The position numbers and the translations under genes were made by a program. This document shows, piece after piece, positions 44,801-57,330 of a stretch of DNA of 64,000 nt. How positions within the stretch are numbered: the first letter of the stretch is position 1; the number at the start of each line of letters is the position of its first letter. The stretch comes from Owenia fusiformis (taxonomy: Eukaryota). The stretch lies in assembly GCA_903813345.2 (NCBI GenBank), contig CAIIXF020000001.1, forward strand, positions 2,604,001 to 2,668,000, given 5' to 3'. Under the pieces are notes generated by a model, which was not told the DNA's origin, did no database searches, and saw nothing but the letters and a program-made list of their open reading frames with translations.

Positions 44801-47800
44801 GGCAAGCTCTTTGCTGAATTATTGTTCTACAGTTGGATTTATTGTTAAAATAGTGCGTTCTATACAATTAGACCTGGGACACACAGATATCTATATGCTG
44901 GTTTTCTATTGAATTTTGTTCAGTGTTCAACAGGCCAATATTAGCCCTATAATTTCATATGGACTACCTGAGGATACCTATAGGGTTTGTAACCCATGTC
45001 CTGGATTTTCTTTACTACCTTCCAATAATAAATTAATTGAGGGGCTGTATTTAGTATTAACACTTTTTGTGTAAAATCTAGTTGAAGATAACCAAGCAGT
45101 CTTTGGTCAGGCAGAATGTAAAGATAGAATATAGACATGAATAAAACAAAATCCTCTCTTATAGCAGGTGGAAATACTTCACTTTTTATCCTCGTTTCAC
45201 TTTTTGAACAGTAAACTGAAGCTTATAAACATAACTATGTGTGTACTGAAGAGTTATGTGCTCTTGATTTCATTAAAACCCATGTGGCCTCACACGGTGC
45301 ATTCAGCACGACAATTATATGCCTCAAAAGTTTTTTTGCTAGTACTTCCTAAATACATTGAAAAATATAAAACCTATATAAACAAGGTGATTCAGAAAGG
45401 TCTACTACTTACGGGATGGCTATGGGGTTATCTGGCCCAAGCAGCTTGCTTCCTTCCCAAAAACAATCCAAAGGAGTAATGATGACGCATGGCAATACAT
45501 TGTCTAAAATCTGAAAAAAACAAAGGGCAATATCATCATACATGTACATTAAAAGTCAATGCATTCAAAATACTACAAACAGTAATAACATTTCACGATA
45601 CAATACAAGCTATAATTTTATTTTGGTGTATTGAACTAAAATATTTAAAAAAACACTCAACAAGTTACAAACTATTTAATATGAAGTAAACTGGTCCAAT
45701 ATTGCAACTCCTTGGAGTAAATGGCTACCTTATATGCATAGCTTTGAAGTTGAAAATAGCCTATGTTTTCTGAAAGGGTTATCAGGCCTTGAATCATCAG
45801 CCACCATACTTTACAACTATGATTTCCACTTTGATACAGTTCAGTGGATATGAAAACTCAATGTTGAACGCAAGTTGACGTTGTTAAGATTTGCCAAAGC
45901 ATATTTTATTTAAAATTGTACTCACACTATCTAATAAATGGTTGTCGAATCTAGGAAAAGTCATTGGCATACACAAATCTTTGAACTTCCATTTTCTGTA
46001 AAAGAATAGTAATATTTTGTTTATTGATATTTTATAAGTTTTAATACTTAACATTAAATACTTCATTTATTCTTTCTTTAAACAGTTGATCTCATCCTGA
46101 GCTAAGATGTTGGAAAAATATTACTAAAATACATTTTTTAGGTTATGATGGTAGACAAATATTTACTAAAATACATTTTAGGGATATAACATATTACCAT
46201 AGAAACTGGTATCCTTAAAAATAGATTTCAGAAAGATAACAAAACCACACACTCAAGGAATAGGATCACCTTAATGAATGTGAAACTAGAGTGGTATTCA
46301 TCAGTTCTGAGCATGCACACCTCATTGGTATTGACAAGTTAGTTTTAGTTTGGATTTAAACACATACTTACATATCATACATATCTACAGTAACTTTAGT
46401 GGCAGCTTCTACAGCTTTTAGATGCAGCCTAAATGATTCAGCTGATAATACATTGGTTCCTAGTTTGGGTGTTTGTACAATTAGTTGGCTAGTATAGCCA
46501 CTGCCCTCCCCTAGCTTTTCTTTTGTATATGCTAGTTCTTTTTCTAACCTTCCACCTGCTGCAAAACACAAACAAAGATATCTCAATGTTAGATTCAAGA
46601 TTAAGTAGTTTTGTATATATACAAGGCAAAGAAAGAGTCAATACATCATTTTTTGTTTCAATTTTGATGAAGTAGGGAGTTGTACTTAACAAGGTGCAAG
46701 CTTTTCTGTAAGTTTTACACTTTAGTTTATCACCACTAATATTTGTGTGTATGTCTAGAGAAACGACCCTGGCTCCAGTTGAATGATAAATGTTATTCTT
46801 ACATAAACACCATGTCATATAGGCTAGCATTTAACATTACAAATTTTATCACAAGAAAAAAGCCACAAAAATGTTGGAAACCTATGTTCAGTAGTTAAGG
46901 TCCCTTGTGATTCTGAGAATAGATGTGAAGCTTCACAGGGCAAAGTGAACGTAAATGGAGCAGCACACTTCCTTGAAAGGTTACAAGGGGTCCCTTTAGT
47001 AAGCTATAATTACAGTTTTCACTCGGGATACCAACATCCATCATAAGTGCACTAGTTTGTACATAGAAATCAGTCAGCAATCATTTCTTAACAATACCAT
47101 CAACAATGATTTCATTTTCATGGAATTTTTTGAGAAATGGGAGAACACCCCTTTCTACTTGAGCAAGGCAGATCTGTTCAGTTTCAACAAGTGTGGTTGC
47201 CGGGCAACTGACATCAACTAATTAGTATCTGGGTTCTCCCCAAAGTTTCTATTATTGTGCATGTATTTTAGCTGGGTGATAAATTGTAGCCTAAGCCTCC
47301 TACAGATTTCTCTCGCCCAATCACTTTATATATGATTGATGAACGGTTATCATTACAGGGTGAAATAGATCAATCGGTCTGAATCAAAACATTTTTCACA
47401 TTTTTTTAATTGCAGATGTTCTTTTCGAGTTGTTTAGCAGGTTTACAAATGAATGGGAGGTTTTACTCTTAATGTAAAATTGAATGGAACAACATGCCAG
47501 TATTTTCCAAATATAGTAAATAATCACATGCATAGGTAGATCTGAGTATTTACTTATGGAACAATGAATTAATTTTATGAACACATTATTTTGAAAAATA
47601 AGGAACAAAAAATCCTAAGGCAAAACAAGATGATGAAGATGACCCAATTTATTTTAAATACTTTAAGAAAATTGGAAAAACAATGTTGTGTAATTGATAT
47701 AGAATCAGGAACAGACAGAACAATTGATGATAAATATTCCTTATAAAATGAACCCATGAATATGAGAATGGCACCATGTTTATATTCCACTAAACCTCAG

Positions 47801-50800
47801 TCAACCTCCCAGCCAAAGGTTCCCCTAAAATCAACTTTACTGTAGACAGTCAAACTTACAATAATAATTGAATAGAGGATTTTAATTCTTGGAGGGACAA
47901 GTTTGTTTGGTTGTAAGGAGTCTTGACTAAACACAGATGATAGGGGGCTTAGGTGTTGGAACCTGAGGAGCTTATTAATGGCTTAAAACCCCTAACCCTA
48001 AACACAAATAACACAGCATACATAGAGGGTTTTACCCTTACTGTATATATCACATTGAATTTGAGTTTTAATTGCCACAAAAGTTGGGAGTTTCCCAGCC
48101 CACCTTGGATCTCCCATCTTTATAGAATGATGCAGAATTCCTAATTCGAATCTTAAATGTCGAATATAGCTTTCCCTGCTTATCGGAGAAGTTGAGTTTT
48201 TCATGATCTTCATTCATTTTACTCAATAACACAATTACCGTGGCAATAAAAAATGCACCGAATAGAGGCTGAAATCTGACAGATGAGATGGGGCTATTTA
48301 TATGTTGATGCACTTGTATGTGTTGGAAAAGGTTGAACAGCCATTATACGAAACTGTCAAGAAATTCTATACATCCTAAAAATTTGGCCCACACACATTA
48401 AAAACACCAAAGCTATGATTCAAACTGTCTATTTGTTCTAAGTGAAAATGAAAGTTTCAAGTACTGAAAAAATGAATTTTCCATTACAAATATTAAAAAC
48501 TTGCATATTACATATCTGTGGTTAAAACTACATGTTCATGTATAATATAGTTTCCCTTCCTATATGAATTTATCTCATGGAAAAAGTTCAAAATATATAT
48601 GTAAATACCAATTTAATTATTCAAAAAAGCAAAATAAAAATCATATTACTTTCTCACTTGATATTTCGCAATATTGTACAAATTGTTTGATTTCAGTTTG
48701 AGTGCAAACTATGACATAGTCACATATAGCAAACACATGCAAAGGACATGGTCAACTGAACCCTGTATATGCCACATCTAAGTCAATGAAAAAACATGAA
48801 CTTATGTTGCTTTAAACAAGCAGTATGGAAAATTTCCAAAATATTTTAAATTAAAAACTTGCCTGTAACAAAGTGCAACTATGTTATAAAATAGAGATGA
48901 TCTTTAAATTATTTGAGAATAACTTTTTTTATAAAGTTTCAATTTTAGATTTATTTTGGGTCATTTTTCATCTACATTTATCCATTATATATACAGAAGA
49001 AAATGTTTGAGGATTGAATCTACCAATTGGCTCTAAGAACGAAGAAGTAGAAATATAACTAAGGAACAAAAAATTAAGAATTCAATGAAAAATAATTTTA
49101 GGGAGTCTTGTGACACAATGTCAGTGGCAGATGTATTTAGAATTAATATAAAAATAATTCAAAATACATTTCAGCTTATATTATCACAAATACATAACTT
49201 GAGATAATGACACCCCAACTCCTTCAGAATGTCACTCAGAATGTAGATTGCACAACCATATTTGGGCAAGAGCATTGAACTATTTCTACATATCAATAGG
49301 TTTAACTTAAAGCAATGCATTGTAAATTTTATTTTGTTGAATTTATTATGCAAAGTCATGTTTTGTAAAGCCACAAAGTCAGCCACCGTGACTCTAATTC
49401 AACATTATGAAATGAGAGGAATTTAACAAAGCATTGGCCAATGGGTCACTCCCTATAAATTGGGACACCAATAGAAACGTCATTTGGATTCATTCTTAAT
49501 TGCTGAACATAACGTATGTACTTCATTCATATTATGCTACATACTTTCATTATGACTCCCAATATATATATAAAATATAATGTAATGATACCATCAGTGA
49601 TTCAGTGTGCTTGGCATGGAGCTTGCTAGTTTTCGGGATCTGTAATCTTAATTCTCACTTGTTTCCTTCTACCATTCAGCCATATTGAAGACAGATAATA
49701 AACCTTGCTTCCAAAAACACAATTTCTAATTCCCCAAATAAAGTATTTCAAACCTCATCTAAGAAGAGATCAGCCTCAATAAATCCTGGTATGATATTCA
49801 ATCTTATATTTTGTGAAGTAAAATATTTAGAACTTTTATTTTTAGATCTTTGAATTGAGAGGAAGTAGTATGGCAAGGGACAGAATGCATCCTGAGAGAT
49901 TGGTATATCAGAAGACCTGCTAACATAGGCTAGCCAATAAATAGGTAAGTAGACCACATGGAGGTCTTCTGATCTTACACTGATGGAGTCTACTGGACTG
50001 ACCCCAAACAAGATGCCCAAGTATTTGAGTTGTGTCTAGGATAAGGGGTCTCGATATTTGAAATCCTTAGTTCTTTACAAGAGATGGGCAAGTAAGGGCC
50101 AATATGTTCGAATGTGTTCTTATCTATTTTATACTTTTTTGTTTCATGAGACCTAAAACTGTTTGATTAAAATAAGGATAAAATCTGATACTATCCAAGC
50201 ACTTTCAGTTGAGTTTTAATCAACCATTTTAATTACCCATTTAGGTAAAGATATAGAATTGCTGGGCAAACACAGTGAAGTGGAATTAACCACCGCATAG
50301 TTTGTTTAATATTTTCACATAACACTTATACTACAGTGTTCAAACAAAAAAGTGTGTAATTCCAATATTTTAGTATTTATAAACAAATCAACATATGTAA
50401 CATGCTTCTGTAATAAAATTTACAAGCAACTATTTAAATAACATGAAAGTGTAGGATTTGGTTATTAAATTCGCAAAGTATGCCATATTTGACCTTCCGG
50501 GTTAGAACAACTGTATACCAAGATGAAAATATGGATAGGTAACGAACCTGTATGCTATATACACATACATCTGTACAACGTTCACAAGTGAAAGCTGTCT
50601 CTGGCAAACAGGATATTTCTTAAAATCAGGATACCTGCTTGCTATCTATTTTAGTTGCTATAGAAACTCACCTTCTACCCATAGCTTGTTGACATCTGTT
50701 TCTATGGTTGCAGTTTTTAATCCAACACAGCATAATGACAGAAGGAGTAATCCAACAAAAAGCACCTTGCCGCAATGTTTTTGGATGCAACATCCTAAGT

Positions 50801-52404
50801 TAAATAAGTGTTTCTGTAATGTTCCTCGTAATCTAAGTGCACATGTATTGCCAAAAGCTCTCCCCTGGAATATACATGAAAAATAAATAAATAAGATGAC
50901 TTCAACTTTGTAATTAATCTGTATACAATACAAGGAAAAATAGCAATTTAAATGATATAAAGAAATAAGAATGTACAGTCTGTGCATGTTTTGTTTTCCT
51001 ATTTTATAACTTTGGGGTTCTTGCATGTGTGGACATAAAACTGAAAATCACTTTCCCTATGACAAGATTACAAGGAAAATTTATAAATATTACTTTTGAA
51101 ATTAAAAATTATTAAATTTCAATTTGAACTGAAACAAAATTGTTCAAAGAGGTTATTTAGTACAAAATCTGTAGTTTATCCCCTGTAGATAATCAATTTT
51201 AAGACACACTTTCTTTTCTTTTACTCTTAATAGTGTGCATTGTTGCCCTTTATAACTCTTACACCAAGTTCAATTTTGTATGAAAATTTCACCTAAAATG
51301 ATCCTTTAACTTCATTACTTTGAGTTCAGATATACATTTTTATCCTGACCAAAAACTAGAATTTTTCCATCTCATACAATTTGGGGATCTGACTGAATAA
51401 AAATGGATATATGATACCCTAGGTGCTATTTACATGAGGAAATCCCCCTGACTTTCATCCGATTTCATTTACAAAATTTTGTGTATTTTAAATAATGATC
51501 CCCATTCAAGTTGCTTGTAAAATATTGATCTTACCAGACCAAATCTGAAGTAGGCAAATATTGGAATGTAACATACAGAAGTAACAATATTAAGGTGTAA
51601 CTTGATCAACTAAAATAATTTATGCTTGACAAATAAAGAATGTATTTCAAGTAACAGGATTTTAGCAGATTATCCCATAATCACATAAATTTCATCAGTT
51701 AAGTAAACAAAATCAGCAAATCTGAAAAAGGATCAGAAATTACTAGACATTGCGCCAGTAAAAACAATGTGACAGATATATCACATAAATGTTCTCATAA
51801 AATAATTTTTGATGAAACTCAATTATCAACTTTCATCAACTTTTAAAACTTTTTTTAGTTTGACCTAGTTTTAATTGGATTTTTAACCTTATCTAAATCA
51901 CCTGCTTCCCTGCTTTATGTGACAAGACAATGATTGCACAACATGATAAACACATAACATACTTTACAAATGAATAATGCGGATCATCATTAGAAGGATT
52001 AACATGTTAAACAATCTCTAAAAAGTGAAATAGCTGTATCCTTTGGAGCAGAAGTCCTATGTTAAGACCCCTTCTAATAATCATGTCGGTTGATAAATGT
52101 AATCATAATTACCTTTTTAATCTCTCTGTATGCAGTTTTAGCATCGACCCAACTGGTTCTTGTTAGTAAATCCGAATTTGAGTCCAGATTAGGGTCTTTT
52201 GGTTGTCTTGTTGTCATAGTCGGACCCTAATAAAAGATAAAAACGTTGATGATAAATTCAGTCGATGGCAGCCATGATCTTTTGGATGCTGGGTGGTCCA
52301 TTAGTTTTCTTGTAATTTCTCTTCATCGATACCATTTTTTACTCCAAAACTTTTGCCAAACTTACCTCCGATGATCTATAAGCTGGGTGAGCCCAGCTAT
52401 CCAT
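20812..52404 (-). CDS. ptc: Protein patched homologue (Hedgehog receptor, RND/sterol-sensing-domain 12-TM protein), complete, 22 coding exons, 1364 aa
   Basis: Exons in transcript order: 52404-52366, 52226-52113, 50864-50672, 46558-46372, 45995-45926, 45510-45413, 41311-41200, 41055-40963, 40383-40262, 37567-37420, 36646-36515, 36396-36238, 36044-35946, 33564-33439, 30036-29918, 29663-28663, 28373-28093, 27879-27599, 22283-22184, 21999-21724, 21463-21244, 20936-20812. Total 4095 nt, in frame. Patched motifs: [99 protein letters not shown]. Confidence 0.96.
21127..21198. mobile_element. Miniature Tc1/mariner-like element (72 bp) in the last ptc intron
   Basis: TA|CAGGGTGaccc.AAAAgCAGAACC ... 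GGTTCTGtTTTT.agaCACCCTG|TA, i.e. imperfect TIRs with a TA TSD. Confidence 0.7.
21323..21412 (-). repeat. Coding 21-bp repeat (NSYNNSH, about 4 copies) in the Patched C-terminal tail
   Basis: [28 protein letters not shown] in exon 21244-21463. Confidence 0.85.
24648..24656 (-). promoter_or_regulatory. Perfect GLI/Ci consensus site (intronic)
   Basis: TGGGTGGTC is the reverse complement of GACCACCCA. Confidence 0.6.
26309..26337. promoter_or_regulatory. Inverted pair of GLI/Ci variant sites (GACCACACA)
   Basis: TGTGTGGTC at 26309-26317 and GACCACACA at 26329-26337. Confidence 0.55.
31917..32786. promoter_or_regulatory. Intronic GLI/Ci site cluster
   Basis: GACCACCCA at 31917-31925, TACCACCCA at 32510-32518, TGGGTGGTC at 32778-32786. 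Confidence 0.6.
33068..33126. repeat. 18-bp tandem repeat, about 3 copies
   Basis: AACTCTAACTTATATT(T/C)A repeated. Confidence 0.85.
47196..47208. promoter_or_regulatory. RFX X-box-like palindrome in ptc intron 3
   Basis: GTTGCCGGGCAAC. Confidence 0.4.
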
Positions 52405-52653
52405 GTTTTGGAACACATATAAACTCCTAAATTAATGGATTCTTTTCTACTTTGTATTTTCCGTTCTTCTCTTGTGTACGTTATCCGAGTACTGAGGATC
52501 ATTTGCATGGAAGCTCCGCCTCCTGTCTTGATTGATGGTTCAACCTACTCCACTCTGATTGGCTCGAACTGACATTCATAGCCTTGAACAGCTCACTTAC
52601 ATTAGTTGCTTAGCAACATTTTGGCTGGTGGAGAGACCACACAAGACCACACA
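52290..52653 (-). promoter_or_regulatory. ptc proximal promoter and first-intron Hedgehog-response region
   Basis: Perfect GLI site TGGGTGGTC at 52290-52298 (intron 1), GC-box-like CTCCGCCTCC near 52514-52523, CCAAT box (plus-strand ATTGG near 52558), X-box-like GTTGCTTAGCAAC at 52605-52617, tandem GACCACACA at 52635-52643 and 52645-52653. Confidence 0.7.
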
Positions 52654-55600
52654 AGATGGGTAAAAAGCCTGGAGGCTTACATCTGACACAGCACAGCCAC
52701 AATCACACAAAAACCAACTTTCACAATAACATATTTTATTATCTTTGCAAAAGTTTGGTCAAATACTCGGTTTAATCATAGCATCTTATTATGTTTCATA
52801 AACGAAAAGACCGTTCATTCAGAATTAAGGGAAACGCATAATAGGCAAAATCAGAAAGTACAAACTAAAAACAAACCCCTAAAATACCCAGAAATGTGTT
52901 CAACAAAGTTTGTCGCATTTACATCCCAACAATGATATATAAAGGATAATTTAACGAAATTTAATTATCACGTCGGAAGTTTTGAAATAGATAATATGGG
53001 CACAAAGGGCAACTTTTCAAAAACAACAAAACTAAGTTTTGAATCATATGAAGCTGTAAACCATATCAAATACCAATATGAAATGCAATTATAAACATGA
53101 ATCACATTGTCATAAAATATATTGTGAATGTTGAGAAATAGACCAAAGTAATCAAAAGAGCAAGCCACGTTGATTCATTTGAGCATGCCACAATATTTCT
53201 CGAGCAAATTCTACATCAAAAGATTATGTTCATTGATATACGTTCATTGATTTAACATCCTGATGATCTTAGGTCTATTTGGTAAATATTGTCATGAGCG
53301 CCTCTATTGGTAAACAAAGTAGAGAATAGTAAATACCTACTATTTGTATTTGCTATGAAATATTTCCGCGTGGAAATATTTCGATCTGATTTTGAAAACT
53401 GTAAATTGTCAATGACTTATCTCAACAAGACTCTGAATTTTTACTAAACGAATTATTCCTTATCGAAGGAAATAACTAGATTATCGCATTTGTATTGGAA
53501 CATCTTTCAGTATGCTGCTCAGTCGGCTTCCGGAATCCAAGTTTCCGAATTCCTTCCTCAACGTCAAACTATTGGTATCTTAATTATCCATTGCCATTGT
53601 GGGATCCCTTGGAATACTCAATAAAGAGGGACTCTGATAAATCAGAATGGTCCATTCCCGTAGTCAGCAGCTTTTATCACTGACAAGTGGGGGATGCTGA
53701 ACCTTGAATGCACACGAAATTGCCAATTTTGCCAAACATTTTGCCTAAAATTTAATTTTGCCGTTATTTTTCAATTTTTCACAATCTGGACACATTTTCA
53801 AGCTAAACCAATGTTGCAGTCAAAACGGTACCATTCGACATTCTCCTACTTGATAAGGGCGGACACAAACGGCAGATTGGTGTCGGTCCATTTGTCATTA
53901 CTGTTTTTCATCCATGGTAACTCTTGGTAATTTCAATTCGACATTGTTTGTTGTAAAAAAGGTGAAGTGACGGTTGTGATAAGAGTGACTGGTCCTTGCT
54001 TTTGTTAAACTATATTTGCCAGTGTTTGCGGATTTCTGGATCAAAATGGTAATTGATCCGTGTTTCAGTTTTAGGTGATCTTTAGATATTTGTCCAGGCT
54101 CTATCTAAAAACATACTTCCGGAAGAAAAATAGCAATTGTAATCACTATTTGGAATTTACTTGTTTAAATGTTAGTGTGATCTAGCGAGCTCAACAAGCG
54201 TGTGTTATTTTAAAAACTAATTAAAAATACAAGACGAAAAAAGAAATAAAAAAGTCAAGTAGGCTCAATTTCAACGATCCACTGAAATTCTTGAGATAGC
54301 ATTTCGGAGAGGATTGTTTATATTTGTGTTTTCGAGTGTTTTAAAGACTATTATATAATGACGGCGCCTAGGTTGAGTGTTGCGATGACAGAGTAGGGTT
54401 TGAATTAGACAGTGTAGATAGCACCGAAGAATAACTTCATCTTAGCTTGTTTCTTTAATTGCGGTAGATGTTTTGCGCCATGGGTGGCCTGAGGTACTTA
54501 TCATATTCGACTAAAACAATGGGAATAGGCTATTCTTTTATCAGTGCTCGGAAGATTTTACTTTGCCTGTAGCAAATCACAGTCCGTGGGACCATGGTCA
54601 TCTTGACCTACAAATGTTTGTGATGATTGGGGATATGTGTTTTTCATCGCCTTTTCTGTGACAGTTCTTTAGATATCAGTCTTGCAAAAATACGTCCCAT
54701 ATACTTTCTGTTTTTCAATTAATGTGTTCCAGAGTTTCCAGAGAGGGGAAGGGGGGGGGCAAGCCTAGCCTTAGTGTGGACCCCAACCACGACGAATGGT
54801 GACATATGGGGAGATCGTAAAATATGTGACAAACTCTAAAAAACTACTTAGAAATATTTTAAAATTGGTGTTGTTTGATGCGTGGATTCTTTTGAACTAT
54901 TTACCACATTAATAACGCCCAGAACAAAAGTGCGCTCAATGACTTTCAGCTTTAATCGGAGTAAACTCGTCGATGCGCAATCAATACCACCAGCAATTCG
55001 CTTCGCTCATCCGTGCTGATAGTGACATCGACTTGCTGATAAAAGCGACATCACTCATTCAAAATCTCTCATTCAAAATCATATTTTAGAGAGGTTAAGC
55101 TGCTCTTTGGTCCCGATCTTCGAACCAAAAGACCAGATTGACCACGCGATAAAAGATCACAGAATAGAAATTGAGATTTTGATTATTTCATACCAATTGA
55201 CGAATGCGACCCCTTTCTATTGAATTGTTTCGCCGGTTTTAACAAGATTATCATTGCTTTGGATATTAGGTTATCGTGTATTTTAACTTTGGTGTTGAGT
55301 GAACACTTTTTATATTCTGTTTGAGCCAGTGTAAGAGGGATCAATGCTCCATTGATTTACAATGTGACCTAAGATACCGTCTGTCATTTTCATACATTTG
55401 GGACGAGGAAGGACCATACAAAATGGGGACAATAATACCATGACCATAGTTTCTGCTGAATCATTTGGGATGAGGATGGATGTCGATCCCTAATGTCATC
55501 GTTCCCTCTCCCGCGCAGAGACCAAAATATAACAAGTTTCCTATTGATCATTTTGTGCTAAAAAGACCAAATAGACGGGGAGTTATCCATGGGCTAAAAT

Positions 55601-56239
55601 ATATTAACCAGTTTTCCTGAAACATTAAAACATGTTGGCCTTTTTATTATCATATTACAGCATTGCATTATGAACTGTGGCCCAAGAAGCGTTTACTATC
55701 ACATTTCCTTGGATTGACTCTTTGAGATATTGTTTGTGGGCGTTGATTTTCAGTTTTTCTATTGTTGTTCTACGTCTAATATTTTACTGTTCATGTGCCC
55801 CACTATTTCCATTTATCATTTAATGAATTTCATCTTTTCATTTTACAATAATATTTTCAAAAACATTAAAACATAAATTATACAGTGAAAAGGCATTTGC
55901 ATTTAGTAGATTGTGAGATTTTACACAGATGGCAACATTGGAATTAAAATTTAATCGTTCACTTTCTACAGTAACTTTTGTTTACCTCTTCATCATTTGC
56001 CGGACATGAATCTTCATATTTTGGTGGGGTTGGCCACGGTTCTATGATCCAGTGCAACACTTTACATATACCGTCTTGATCACCCAGTTCATTCGTTGCT
56101 TCTGTAGCATTATGCTGTTTAACAGTTGTGTCAACCTCTACCGCTCTCTCAACGTGTTCAATGTAATCCATATCGTCATCCGAGCTTTCAAAAATTTCCA
56201 TTTTTTCTTCAGTGAGCTCGTGTATTTTCATTTTATATG

Positions 56240-56600
56240 ATATCCGCTAAATGATGACAGTGATTCTTTTTATTAACCGTTTTGGTACGTAGTTTGATAC
56301 CGTATCTCCAACTGTGAAGGTATTTGACGATGGTGTTTGTACATTTTAGCTCCTGTTGTTTTATAGCTGCTTTTGCTTGTTTCTAGCTTGCTTGATTTTA
56401 GCAGTGTATTTCCTAAGAAGTTCGGTGTTTCAATTGCTCAATCCTTATCCAGAACACTTAACTTTTAAATACAAAAATAGGAAGGCAGGTACTTGGCTAC
56501 GATATGGGCCACTTTTGCTTGGCATTCATAGCGATACGGACCAGATATATGCAATCGCTGGAAGGCTATCATTGGTTCAACGCCAGGTGTAGTATTCAAA
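56240..56600 (-). pseudogene. Decayed Gypsy/Ginger-type integrase C-terminal fragment
   Basis: The minus frame reads LLRKYTAKIKQARNKQKQL*NNRS*NVQTPSSNTFTVGDTV, resembling the AQ.KQK..YD.....F.VGD.V segment. A weak LPAIAY...PAFLF stretch precedes it. In-frame stops are present. Confidence 0.5.
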
Positions 56601-56956
56601 CCGAGTGATCAACCTTTGATTGACCCCGTAATATACTATGAATCGTCCAGAATCACCAGCTTTTGCCATCGATGGCGATATGAAATTTTCCCGCAAAACA
56701 GACAACGCATTGCAGTTGGATTTGCGATTTGGCCAATGATGAGCACCGCTCAAGTGGCTCAACGATCAGCGAAATCATTTTCATTTGCAGATAGCGTATT
56801 TATTTACATAGTTGATCTCTAATTGAACTGGTTCAGGTGTTCTGATTTGACGTTGGGTGGGCCTTCTCAAGGGCTTACCATAGATGGACGTTTATCGCAG
56901 AATTCTTAATCAAATAAACGATCAGAATGGCTCTGATATTTTTCATTCAATGAAAA

Positions 56957-57330
56957 CGTTTTACACAAGACGAACACAAGTAACTACAATAGACAATATT
57001 GACTTCATCATATCACTTATAAAATAAAATGGACAACTAAATGTATGGCTACGCCAAGCAAGCCCCTATAAGCCATATAAAACTATAAAAAAAGTTTAAA
57101 AACGATCAAAGAATTTTTAACGGACACATTTAGGAATTATTGGCAATCAAAAATAAGTGCATGGCAAAAATTCAATGATTTCGAACATATTTTATCTACC
57201 AGATGTTCTGCAAGGACGGTCCTGGAAATCAAAAGGTATTAAAAAATCAATACATGCGGAAAAAATCGAAGTGATACGATGAAGTCAATATTGTCTATTG
57301 TAGTTACTTTTGTTAGTCTTGTGTAAAACG
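56957..57330. mobile_element. MITE-like foldback element (about 374 bp) with TIRs of about 60 bp
   Basis: CGTTTTACACAAGACgAACAcAAGTAACTACAATAGACAATATTGACTTCATCaTATCACTT and its near-exact reverse complement ending at 57330. No TSD is evident. Confidence 0.8.

Noticed and set aside
54535-55045. Possible element bounded by CTTTTATCAG/CTGATAAAAG
   Set aside because: It has only a 10-bp inverted match and no TSD; it is probably TE-derived but the boundaries cannot be supported.
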